A DNA stretch of 64,000 nt from Lama glama. Taxonomy: Eukaryota. The notes beneath the pieces were generated by a model. That model did not search any database, was not told the DNA's origin, and was given only the letters and a program-made list of their open reading frames with translations. Both the position numbers and the translations under genes were made by a program. The stretch covers positions 28,026,001 through 28,090,000 of the forward strand of contig CM052818.1 in the NCBI GenBank assembly GCA_028534125.1, in the 5' to 3' direction. This document shows, piece after piece, positions 39,135 to 50,845 of the stretch (position 1 is its first letter; each line of letters opens with the position of its first letter).

Positions 39135-42120
39135 GTTTTTTTTTTTTTTTACTTTTTATTACAAAATATATCATACATACAAAAGACAGTGCATTAGATT
39201 TATAGGTAGTTTTAAGTATATGATTAAAATAAGCACTTATGTACCCATTATCAAGCTCGGAACGTAGACTAATACCAGTAATTTTAAAGCCCCTGTGAGC
39301 TAGCCAGAAAAGACATCCTTTTTCCTTCTTGAAACAAAAATCTATTCTAAAATTGCCATTAATTTCCCCTTTGCTTCTTATGCTTTTGTTGTTTCAAAAC
39401 ATTTTCATATTTATAATACACACACATTATATTGATATATTTTGCATGTTTGGGGCCTTTATACAGTGGGACCGTACCCACATTTTTGTGGCTAGTTTTG
39501 TTCACTCAACATTTAAGTTATGAACTGATCTATATTGATGAGCTTAGCTATAATTTTTCTCTGATACAAACACTCTAATGTATTTATCTCTACTCATAAT
39601 GAAACTTATTTTCTTTTCAGTTTGTCTTTGATAAATAATGCTTTTATGAACATACTTACACATGTATCTTGGTACAAAAGTACAATAGATAGATTTTCCA
39701 TATTTCAAGAATGAAATTATTTAATCTTAGGTAAGACCGTCTTCATTTTTACTGTTTTTGAAACTAGTTAAAACAATTTGTGCATCTGCAATATTTGTGA
39801 ATAATGACTCCTCCATCCTCATAAACAGTCTTGTGAAATATTTTAATTTCTATTCTTCTGATTACTAATAATGGTGGGTGTCTTTTGATACATTTTTGGA
39901 CGTCTGTATTTTCTCCTTTTCTTGTGTATTCTTGTACTTGGTCCATTTTTATGTTGATGGTCTTTAATTTTTTTCTTTTTGGTTTGCAAGACCCTTGTTT
40001 ATACTGTAGATACTAACTTTTTAACTTTGTGTTGCAGAAGTCTTCTCCCAGTTTTGAGGTCTTTTTATTATTTATTTTCCATTTGATTTATTCTTTCATT
40101 TTAAAAAATATATTATGAACAGAAGTTCTGAATTTTTTAGTGTAAAATTTATTCCTTTAAAATTTCTCCTTATGTCCCCATTTGTGAAATTATTCCCTAA
40201 CCAGATGTCATAAAAAATTCTCCTGTGAAGTTTTGCCTTTCATGTTTAAGTCTTTAATCTCAAACCCAGGTACAAGCTTGGGATCCAATCATATTTTTTC
40301 ATGGGGTATGCCAGTAAATAAAGATCACATAAATAAGAACAGAGGCTGTCTATTCAGAGCTGGGGGTAGCAAGGGAGTGCATCTCCATCACTTGCATTTC
40401 ACAGAGACTCAAAGACAGCAGGAGAATGGAAAAGGCTTCATAATAGATAAAAAGAAAGGCTTCAGGGATGTTTTGATTGGAGGTTGTTGGAGGCAGACTA
40501 GCTAGAAGTGGGACATCTTATGTGATGGTTTGAGGAGCATATTGGGCTTGCTCTGGTTGGTCCAGAGTTTGAAGCAGGAGCAAAGAACATGATGGCTTTG
40601 CCAACTAATGGGGAGATGGTGGCTTGACTTCTCGACTGGTTGCTACAGAGGTTGTGAGTCAGGATTCTGTTGTTATATAGGATATGGCCATCCCCTTTTT
40701 GTATTTTCAGTCTCTCAGAAGATAACTCATTTTTCCTTCACCATTTGATGAAAGCTCTCCAGTCTTTTCCCACTGACCTGTGTATCCGCCTCTTATTCTA
40801 TCTCAGGTTTCCATATTTGGGTGTGTTTCCTCTGAGCCACCAGCTGTGTTCCATTGGTCTACTTGTCCACTTCTGGGCAAGCAGGATGATAACTTAATTA
40901 CCATTGCTTTATGATCATATTTCTTACCAAGGAAACCGTAGCCTCTCTTCGTTCTGCTTCAAGACTCTCTTAGCTGTTCTTGGTCTTTTATCCCTTAGTT
41001 TAAGCTTTAGGATTCCTTTTAAGATTCATGAAATTAATAGAATTTCACAGAAGAGCTATCACTGAGATAGCATGTCTTCCTGTCCAAGATGTTGTATATC
41101 CATCCATTTATTTAAATTTTTTAAAATACCTTAAAATAGTTTTGAATCATTTAACAATTACCTCTGATATAATTTATATGTTTTACTGCTCCGGTGGATA
41201 TATTTTTAATTTTCTTTATTTGCTAATGTGCAAGAATGCAATTTACTTGTATATATTTGTCTTATATCTAGTATATACCTAGTATAATTGCTAAACTGTA
41301 GCTTTAAGTTGTATAATTATTAAATACTTTTATATATTTGTGTAAACTGACATACACATCATATTGGAATAATGCAGTGTATTTCTCCCTTTAAATCATG
41401 TACATTTTAATTTTCTTCTTTTGTTGCATAAGACCTCTGGTAAAATATTGAATAAAGTGTTAATGGTCTTCCTTGTAACACCTCTGATTTAAAGAAAATT
41501 AATTTAACATTTTTCAATTAAGCATATTGTTTTCTTTAAGTTTCTGTAGATATTTTTTATTAAAATAAATAAGGTTTCTGGATTGGTATTTACTATAAAT
41601 ATTTGTTGGAATTATAAAGTTATTTTTCTTCTATTGAAGTAAACATATTTTATTGGCTAATTTTATTAGTATATTTTCTGATAATAAACCAAACTAGATA
41701 TTCTGATATAAGTGTCATTTTATACGTTGATTAGTGTCATTTTATACATTGCTGAATTTTGTTATATTTTCTTTGTATTTTCATATCTATATTCTGAGAT
41801 TGATATGTAGTTATATTATTATCCTTGCTGTATTTTGTTTTATTTTATTTTGATATTAAGGTTTTATTAGACCCATTTATAAGTTGCAGAACATACCTAT
41901 TTTTCTATTTTATGAAATGTGTAGAAATCAGTAAAAAATCAGAATTATCTTTTTCCTATTTGTTTGCTCCTGATGTAAAGTTATTTGAGCCTGGTATTTG
42001 AGGGAATATTTTGCATTACTGATTCAATTTCCTAACTGGTTAAAGGATGAGTTTTGAGAATTTATATTCTTCTAGGAATAATTCGTTTGACCATAATATT
42101 ATCTTATTTTTAAAATATCC
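39135..42120 (-). mobile_element. Old L1 (L1ME-type) 3' end and ORF2, interrupted by an LTR
   Basis: Poly-T, then TTTTTATTACAAAATATATCATACATACAAAAG..., TGTGTTGCAGAAGTCTTCTCCCAGT, CTGTGTTCCATTGGTCTACTTGTC, TATTCTGAGATTGATATGTAGTT. Confidence 0.75.
40309..40717 (-). mobile_element. ERV1 solo LTR (MER90-like) nested in L1
   Basis: TG...CA termini. Minus-strand start TGAGAGACTGAAAATACAAAAAGGGGATGGCCATATCC...GACTCACAACCTCTGTAGCAACCAG. GC-richer than the flanking L1. Confidence 0.65.
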
Positions 42121-42139
42121 TCTATACTTACTCAAATAA

Positions 42140-43385
42140 CATCCTTTTCTGAGTAAATCACCCAGCTACCTGGTGGAAGGTAGTTTATATAGAATCTCTT
42201 GTATGAGGTGAGATGCAGAAATGTGTCTTCACTAGAATGGCCATTTACTATGAATGTAGATGGATTTTTCTTGCTGAACTCATAATATGGCACTATCACT
42301 ATCCCTAGGTTTAGTGAGCCTGATACACACACACACACACACACATATACATACACACACACACACACACACACATATACATCACAGAATTTCTTTCATA
42401 ACAAAAGTAGTAATGCAGCGGGCTCAAGCCTGTTTAATTCACAGGTCTTTCCATGCTCCCCATCATCCAGAAATAGCTTGACTTAGAAGCCAATAAAAAA
42501 GATCTGTTTAAAACAAAATGATTCTAGGTGGGAAGAAAGCCTTGTGAGTTTAGTGTTCTGTTGTAAAGCATGTGGTCTACTGTCTGAACCAGCTACCATT
42601 CTATGGAATTCTTTCTCTTATGAAAAAGAGCTCAAAGGTCTAGAAATCAAGGAGAAGAAGCTGGAATCAAGGAAAGAAAGATAGAAATTAATGGTCCCCT
42701 CTTAAATTATTTCCTATCCCCAAGACTTCAGTTTTCTGCGTGGGCTTGGACCTCCACCAGGGGACTTAACAATGGTTTAATTGACTTGGACGCTAAGATC
42801 ACACTTACCCATTGAATTTTCATGCCACTGAGTTTATGGCGATAGAGAGTAGTATAGCATTGCCTGGAGATTAATTCTGATTGTCAAATGAAGATAGGGC
42901 TGCTATTGGAATGGTACTGGTAGAACACAGAGGATCCTCTGAGACAACTCCTAATACTTCTAAATACACTGCAGACAGTGAGTGAACAATCATAGCAACT
43001 CTAATGCAAGTATATACACTAAGGGTTCATTTTTTTCCAAGAATGTAGCTTTGGGTCACAACACAAAGTTAAAAAAAAAAAATTTAACCAGTGAAGATGT
43101 GTGCTGAAGGGAAATCGAACTTGGATTGGGTAATAAAGAAAGAAAAAACAAGGTCTGTAATAGCTTCCTGTATTTTATTATTTGATCTGGAGAAAGAACT
43201 CATGCATGTATCTCTGTCTCTATCTTGAGCCCAATTTCATATATTTTTTGCTCCCTTTAAACTACTATATTTTATAAGGTGCACTGATGATAATCAGCCT
43301 TTAAGTTAATCAGTAACTTACAGGGTATCGAGGTGGGATTGTCATGGGACCAGAAGAGAAATTACTATCACTCAGAGACCCATTT
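42140..43385 (+). mobile_element. Degraded ERVL internal region: integrase core, dUTPase and 3' internal sequence
   Basis: From 42159 translates as HPATWWKVVYIESL (cf. ERVL QPATWWQVDYIGPL) and QRAQACLIHRSFHAPHHPEIA (cf. QWAHAHGIHWSYHVPHHPEAA). Then CCTCCACCAGGGGACTTAACAATGGTT and GAACACAGAGGATCCTCTGAG, matching the ERVL dUTPase region. Many stops and frameshifts. Confidence 0.85.
42325..42381. repeat. (CA)n/(TA) microsatellite inside the ERVL integrase
   Basis: Directly visible. Confidence 0.95.
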
Positions 43386-45429
43386 AATGACTTCAGAGAC
43401 TTTGGGCCCCACTTTGCGCCCAATACAATGTATTGTTGAGTTGCAAATAATTCTAAAATGTGTTGTTCAATGAAAAAATTAAGTATTTTTGAAGATCTAT
43501 TTTTATCAATCATGCATGTGAATACATTTTCATAAGAAAATAAAGCAATATATACTTAAGTTTAACAGAGTTAGAATTTAGAAGGATTCATGCTAATTTT
43601 CTTAATGTTTATAGTCTTTTTATTATTCATCTGTAAGGAATATGAATTATTTGTATAATAAAATACAAAAAAGAAAATTAAAATAATAACATAGCTGGAG
43701 AATTAAATTTTTATAGCCATTGATTATGCTACCTTAGTATATGAAATTATATAAAAATTAGTAAGTGAAAGAATTGGTTTATATCGGTACTACCATAATA
43801 AATTTGAAGTGTTTTAAATTAAATTATTTTAATAAACTAAAAGGATATACATGAATAAGTTAAAATTCAACTCTAGATTATTTTTGGACAATGCAAATGC
43901 ATGGTATTTTTGTGCATTTTTGCTTTTTTTGTGTTTTACAAATATCTGATCAAGGTTTTATATTACTTTGTAATAACAACAAATCATTACTATTAATGAG
44001 GCTCTTCACAGAAATAAGTTCTTATATTGGGTTGCATGAGTAAGGTGTTGAATTTAAATTAGGTATCTTTATTGGTAATGATGCATCCTTAGCTGTACAT
44101 ACATATAAAATGAGCAAACGCCATTGCTTTTTTCCTTCATATGACAAGAATAACAAAAACTTGTGTGAAACATATTGTCTGCTATGCAGGGTTAGCTCCA
44201 AATTAATTATAATTATAGCCACAAATATTTCTGTCATTGTATTAATTATAATAAGGGACTTAAATAGTCACATATTTTATTATTCCGCATACAACTGGAA
44301 GTAATACATCTCAGTTTTGTTTTTTTGCAGCACTAATTGGTCTGTTTTTCTTGCCCATTATAATAGCTGTTTTCACAAATGTTTCTAGTGATTTCCAAAA
44401 ATTCTGTTACCTTTGTAGGAATGAATAATTTGTGGCCATGCATATTTAAAATTGAGGTACAATTTCAATCCTTTAATATCAATGACTAATTGTGAAATTT
44501 TTGTTCAGTATTTATTTTCATGAATATTTTATGGAAGAATGTTTAAGACATGTTAAGCTAGAATATATTAGCAATATCTTAAGATACAACATTTGGTAAA
44601 AAAAAATACTGATAAAAGTCAGTACTTTATGAATCTTAAATATAAAGTGTGTGCCTGTATGTCTCTCTATTAATATTCAAAACCATTTTTTAAATATTTT
44701 TGCAGAATATTATATAGTTTCAAAATATATTGTCATCTGGCAGCTATCACATTTAATGATCTAATTCCAAGCTTAATTGATTAGTGAGTGTTAGTGATGT
44801 CATACTACTAATTATTTAATTATTTATAGTATTTGAATAAACTCTTATATAGAAGTAAATAAAAATGAAAGTTCCCATTTGTCACTATTGCTAGACAAAG
44901 AACAATGGAGAAAAGATCTGTGTCACTTTAGCTTTGATATCATAGAGAATGTCTAAGTAGTTTTAAAATATAATATTAAGATCACTGTGAGCAAAGGTAA
45001 TTCTCTTCATTGATTTTAAAGAATGAGATCTACATTAAGAGATGAATTCTTTGAGATATAAAAAGAGCAACCTGTACAACAGAAGTTTGGGAATTTTTCA
45101 CTTTCTGTGTACGTGAAGAATCAAACAGTTGATCACAGTAAACTCCAACTCAACTGGCTCAAATATAAAAGAATGTTATCTCAAATAATAAAAAGTCCAT
45201 GTATATGGTGTTTCTTGACGTAATTGGGCTCTGGTCCTGATTTGGTGTAATTCTCTTGGTTCTGCACTCCTGCTGTGTGTTGTTTCATCTTCAATTGAAT
45301 AATCAATGTTATTGCACCATTTCAGGAAACAAATACTGTCATTTGAATACTGTCAATGCTTGTGGTAGAAATGCTAAGTGTTCTACCTCCGGTTAGTGCT
45401 AAGTGTTATCAGTCAGCTGATGATCACAT

Positions 45430-46145
45430 AATCGTTCCTATATAAAATAATATTTTTTCCTTCATAATAAGTATTCAATTAGGACCTACCTTGAAAACCT
45501 ACAAACTTTTTTTGCCCCAACAACATTTAAGATCAACTGATGATTATTACTAACGAGTAATTTCAGTTATTACATTGGTGATTGAAAAGCAATGATTTCC
45601 AATTCTATTTCTTTTATGTTTGATAGATAAGTATTGTTCTGTACAAAAGTGATTTACACCCTGCCCCCTTGCCATTTTCTCTCATATACTTTCTCTTTCC
45701 CCTTTTTCTCTCTCTTTCTCTCTCATTCCTTTTAAAAAAAAAAAAATTACATTTTGGACCCACAAATCATTTTGTTGTAGTTGTTTAATATTTTGTAATT
45801 CCTTTAATTGTTTTATTTGAAGTTCAGTTTGTTCCAAATTTGGCAAGTGGGAAAGCCTTCAAGTTTCTTTGTCTACTTTTGGCATGACTTATTTTGTCTT
45901 AAACACGTCTGGGCTTCCTGTGTACTTTTTCTACCGTAGAACTGAGATCAGCTGTTTGCCAGTGTCCTTCTTTGGGGAAATGTCACTTGGAAATCAAGAT
46001 CTCAGCACTCTGTGTGCTTAATGTTATTGAGGTGGTATTGTCTCTAAGTCCATTTTTATGGGCTGAAATCCAATTGAGTTTTTCCATTCAAATCCAACAC
46101 CATGAAACATTTATTTTTCTTTATTACATATTTGTCTCCTTTCTT
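45430..46145 (-). mobile_element. Old L1 3' UTR fragment (L1MC/L1ME-like)
   Basis: TTGTTCCAAATTTGGCAAGTGGGAAAGCCTTCAAG...TTTGGCATGAC...TGGAAATCAAGATCTCAGCACT. Confidence 0.55.
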
Positions 46146-46153
46146 TTTTCTAG

Positions 46154-46322
46154 GCAGATTAAAGTATATGGCTACACAAATGTTTGCATGGCAAAATATA
46201 TTTCTACGGATGGTAATTGGTATGCAATGGCTTCCTGGACTCCTTGCTTGGTGCTCTGCAATAAATGCTGCATTTTCATTCACCACAACCCACCGTCAGA
46301 AGATTGGCTTCACTGCACATAG
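46154..46322 (+). other. Candidate spliced exon (169 nt) of an unidentified transcript
   Basis: Long polypyrimidine tract TTTGTCTCCTTTCTTTTTTCTAG| and consensus donor AG|GTAAGT. One frame stays open, but the peptide is not recognised. Confidence 0.35.
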
Positions 46323-47764
46323 GTAAGTGGACCCAAGTTTGATTTGGTGACAGTAGGCTCTACCAGGAGAAAGTCATATTGGCAGCTGACTTGGTAAGTA
46401 ATCCTCTTGAGAGTCTTGAGTTGAAATGTGGGACATGAGCTTGGGAAAAAAAGCAACTCCTCTCTATCCCTCGTTGACCTTTTCCCCATCACCACGCTGA
46501 GTAATTGTCCTTCTGATTTTGGATCTAGCAGCTCGGTGCATGGATCTTCCTGATACTCCAAATATAAAGAATTAGGAGAGCATTGTGTTTTACTATCTTA
46601 GATTATAAGGAAATAATTTAAAATGATGTGTGTATTTTAGGTGCTAGAAGAAAATTTTGATATTATCAAGCAGATATGTTTATTTATGAGCATGAACAAC
46701 ATTCTACTTGAGAATTGAAATATTACAGTTTATATCCTTAAACACTGATACCATTATACATGCAGATTTTTTTCTTTTCAGATATTAAAGTAATATAATT
46801 ATAGCCTCTCAGATGATCCTTATGAGGATTTAAGTGCTGTATGATTGCCCTATTATTAAACCTCACATTTTTCTTATAATATTAGGGGAAAAGTCACATA
46901 ATTATTTTCTAGTAAGGAATTTCCATTTTTATTTGTAAATACTGTCAGCCTGTTATACCATCCAGATTAAAGACAGTTACTCCCTCAATTTTCACATATA
47001 TGATAATCAAAATTAATTTTTATTTTAGAGCTTGTTTATTCTGTGATCCTAATAGTTCTGCTAAATAATGAAAACCGTTTTCTATTGACTTGATATCTTG
47101 AAGGTAATTTGCAACATGGTAAAAGGAACCATAGAAGGTATTAGCTTTACTACATTCTGCATTCTAACAGACCAGTGACCTAGAATGCTTAAAGCTTTTG
47201 TGTATCCAAGACAAGTTAATTAGAAACAATGTCATTTTACTTCCCTTCATACTTAACTTTTTTTCTATTCTTTCTTTCAAATTATGAACTTGTGTCTACT
47301 TTTTGGCCTAGAGCCAGTCATTTTTTCTTCAGTGTTTCAACCCTTAATTCCAAATTAGTCCCCAAACTCAAACTGACGTTGTGAGTACACTTCTGTATGT
47401 GATGGTTTAGGAGCTCCTTACCGTAAAATGTTAACCCCACCCCTTATCATTTCACCATTAATTTCTTTGTTGTTGTTAACTTGTTAACATCCTACAGAGC
47501 CACTGTTCTATAAAACGCAGTGTGGGCAATGCTGATCTAGTAAACCCTGCTGGAAAGGACCATACTACAAGTTCTTGTTAGCAAACACTTTTTTTTACCA
47601 TGTAACGCTTTAATAAAGACCGGTAGGCGTAGCATATAGACCTTCAGGAGAGAAGCCTTTAAGGAACTGATAGTTCCTACTTATTATTATATTATAAAAT
47701 CCTGTGGTACAGAACCTCTGTTGTGCTTACTCTGTATCCTCATATATTACCTAATACCGTGATT

Positions 47765-48005
47765 CAGAGTAGAATGTTAAGAGCAGGAACACTAAAGACA
47801 ACTGCCTTGGTTTGCATCTTAGCTTTGGTAATTTCTACCTTATGATCTAGCTGAATTTCTTAACCTTTCTCTGAATCAGTTATTTCACCTGTGAAATGGA
47901 ATGATGGTGCCTAATTCATGTGGCTGTGGTAAGGATTAAAAGATACGTGTAAAATACTTAGAACAGTGCTTGGCATGTAGTTAAATTCACATATATTTTG
48001 CAGTT
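47765..48005 (+). mobile_element. Near full-length MIR SINE
   Basis: GTTAAGAGCAGG...CTGCCTTGGTTTGCATCTTAGCT...CTTAACCTTTCTCTGAATCAGT...CACCTGTGAAATGG...GGATTAAA...TACTTAGAACAGTGCTTGGCATGTAGT. Confidence 0.9.
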
Positions 48006-48484
48006 ATGATTTGTGCATACAAAATGCTAAGTCAGTATAAGGCATCAGTAATTGAATATACTGTGATGATTCTTATTATTTTCACCTTTACTGTAAACTT
48101 TTAGCAACTGAGAAAGAGAGAATAGATTTTCCACAATTAGTATAAAGAAATATCGACTTTAAGAGAAGGGCTACCCTAACAGCATTCATGAGAGATGTGA
48201 ACAGCACAGAACACAGAAGGAATCCCTGAATGATGGAGGAAAGAGAGAGAAGGAAAAAGAAGCCCCAGTAGGAGTTTCCTTAGGTGCAGCCTAACTAAGG
48301 ATTTCTGTAATACTTCAGTATGGAGTGATTTCTGGTTAAATCATCTTTGGGGGAAGAGAGTGATAAACAAATGTGCAGTGTAAAATGATGCATGGTTATG
48401 GAAATTTCATAACAAAATTCACTGATTTTTATCTGTAGCTTATCTCTTTAATTATAGGGACTCACAGAGAGTGTACTGTTTAGC

Positions 48485-48536
48485 ATATATTCATATATAT
48501 GTATATGTATATTATATATATATATATATATATATA
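48485..48536. repeat. (TA)n microsatellite
   Basis: Directly visible. Confidence 0.9.
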
Positions 48537-50204
48537 GTATTTAGTTATATCTATGGATTGGTTTCATTCATCCTTAATTTATTTGTAAGGCACTTATATG
48601 GTCTTTAGTGAAAGCCTTTTTTAGTGTGATTGGATCAGGACAGCTGACTGAGAACATGTATCTTCTTCCTGCTCCAAAATTCTTGCTTAATCACAGATCT
48701 GGAACACAAGACCTTCAATTCATAGACAACAAAGTCTGAACATATATTGAGACATGAAGCAACTACTGACCAACATTTCCACAGGGACTGGTTTGTGTAA
48801 ATGGTGAAAGCAACTGCTTAGAAGCAGAAGATGAAGGAACAGGGAAGATTCCTCAGGCAGCCATCAGGGTTCTGTCCTGGGTACTTGTAAGAGAAACAGC
48901 CAGGCAGCTTACTACGCCTCAAGTCAGCAGGCAGCAGACAGGTGGATGCCCAGGAGAGGATGTAAAGAATGGTGCTGCATCTCATACCCAGAAGATGAGC
49001 TAAAAATGCATAGTTCATGCCACCCCTGTAATAACTGGAGTAACCTCCACGAGGGCAAAGGGGCTGTCTCTTTTTGTCTTTTGTTGGGACCTCTATGCTA
49101 AAAAAAAAAATCTCTGGTATAAAATAGACACCTAAGGAATATTTGTTAAAATAATTAACACATTTTTGCAAAACAGGTCATAGAAAGGACAGAAGATGCC
49201 ATTTAAGCTTGTCTATGTTTTACATCATTTCTACGCATAAGCTAGAATTGAACACTTTATCAAAAACTTAAATATTCTTGGAGATTTGAAATTGTTTTAT
49301 GAATATTTCAACCCCCAGATATTTCTGTCAAATTCAGGTTATAAATAAATAAATAAATAAATGATTGCATTATTTAACTGCTCTTCTTAGGCATGGGGAG
49401 TGGTTTTAGGGCAGTGATTTCAGATGGAGTAGAGGTTGGGGGATTGGCCTGGGCATACTTCTAACAAGGCTGTCTTTCTGGTTGTAGTGTGAGTACCACA
49501 GTGATTGGTGGCAGGGGGTTAGTCTCCTTCACATTTCAACATCCTGACAAAACTGTCCAGCCCAGGATAGGCCATCAGTAAACATTTGATGGATTAATGG
49601 TTGGATGAATGAGTAAACTTTGTTTTTTTAAAAAGTGCAAATTCACATTAAATCGTTCTCTCTCTGTTTTTTGCCCTCGCACTTTTTTCCTCCTAACTTG
49701 TTTATATATTCTAAACACTCTGAACACTTCGGCATTCAGCCTCTTTAGCATATATATTATCTCTCTGAGCAGAAATTAGCTAGAGGATAAAATGTCTGTG
49801 CTTCTGCCTAGAGTTTGTTATCTACTTTCTAAACATCCTCAATGAGCTTAAGGCTCTGGGAGGAGACAAATCAGTTAACAAACACCTGCAATGACATTTT
49901 GTACTGAGTGATAGAAACCTGCTTAGGTCCCGAGGAAGGCAAAGGAGCAGCAGCAATGCTTCAGGAAGGTATTGATGATAATTAGGTATTTGTAAAGCTG
50001 ACAGGCAGTGAAGAAATCCAGTGAGTAGGAGCAGCTGGCCTTCCTTAGGGTTTCTGGAAACAGGCTGGCATATTCAGAGTCGTAGTCATTGCAAAAAAAA
50101 AAGCAAACTGAGCTCAGATGACTGGAGCCTTTAGTCATTCCCTTATAAGTATACTCAACACCAGTTGTTGAGAGTCTGGTATATTCTAGACTCCAGCAGT
50201 AAAG

Positions 50205-50575
50205 CTGTGAAGACAAATCATTGCTCTTATGGGCCTTATATTCTAGCCATAAAGACAGATCTTAAAAAAAAAAGAAAAAAATGTATAGCACGATGAACAA
50301 AAAATAAGCACTAAGAGAAAAATAAAGCAAGTGAGAGGAATAGGAAATATCAGATGGCAGTCCAGGAAAATGGCATTTGTATAGGGACATAAAGGAGAGG
50401 GAAATGATCCAGTGGATATGACTGAAGGTGGTGGTGGGGGACGAGGGGCATTCCAGGGATAAGGGCAACCAACGCAAAGACGCAGAGGCAGGGCTGTTTC
50501 TAGATAGCGTGGTGAGAGAGTATGTAGGTTGAGTCTTAGAGGCAGTCATGCCCCACAGCCCAGGGGAACGTAAAG
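50205..50575 (-). mobile_element. L2a fragment
   Basis: TTGCTCTTATGGGCCTTATATTCTAG...GGGCATTCCAGGGATAAGGGCAACCAACGCAAAGACGCAGAGGCAGG. Confidence 0.65.
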
Positions 50576-50652
50576 GCCACAGAGGCCATCTAGCCCACAT
50601 GGCTTAAGTATTTACTATCTAGCTCTTTACAGAAAAAGTTCGTCAGCTCCTT
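50576..50652 (+). mobile_element. MER58 3' terminal fragment
   Basis: CTAGCCCACATGGCTTAAGTATTTACTATCTAGCTCTTTACAGAAAAAGTTCGTCAGCTCC. Confidence 0.7.
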
Positions 50653-50711
50653 ATCTATAAGATAGTTACAACTACAAATAAACCTTCAAGTTATTTAGTA
50701 ATTTTCTTCAT

Positions 50712-50845
50712 ACACATTCATTCATTTATTCACCCAACAGATACTTAATGGCTTTCTGTTTTGCCCCAAGCATAGTTCTTGGCACCAGAAATATAAGAAC
50801 AAACAAGAGAGATACAGTTCCTGATGTCAAGGATAGCTATAGTTT
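50712..50845 (-). mobile_element. L2 3' end
   Basis: CATTCATTCATTTATTCACCCAACAGATACTTAATG...GTTCTTGGCACCAGAAATATAAG...CAAGAGAGATACAGTTCCTG. Confidence 0.7.

Noticed and set aside
41711..41751. Short tandem duplication (AGTGTCATTTTATAC twice)
   Set aside because: Local slippage duplication inside degraded L1; only two units, so not an array.
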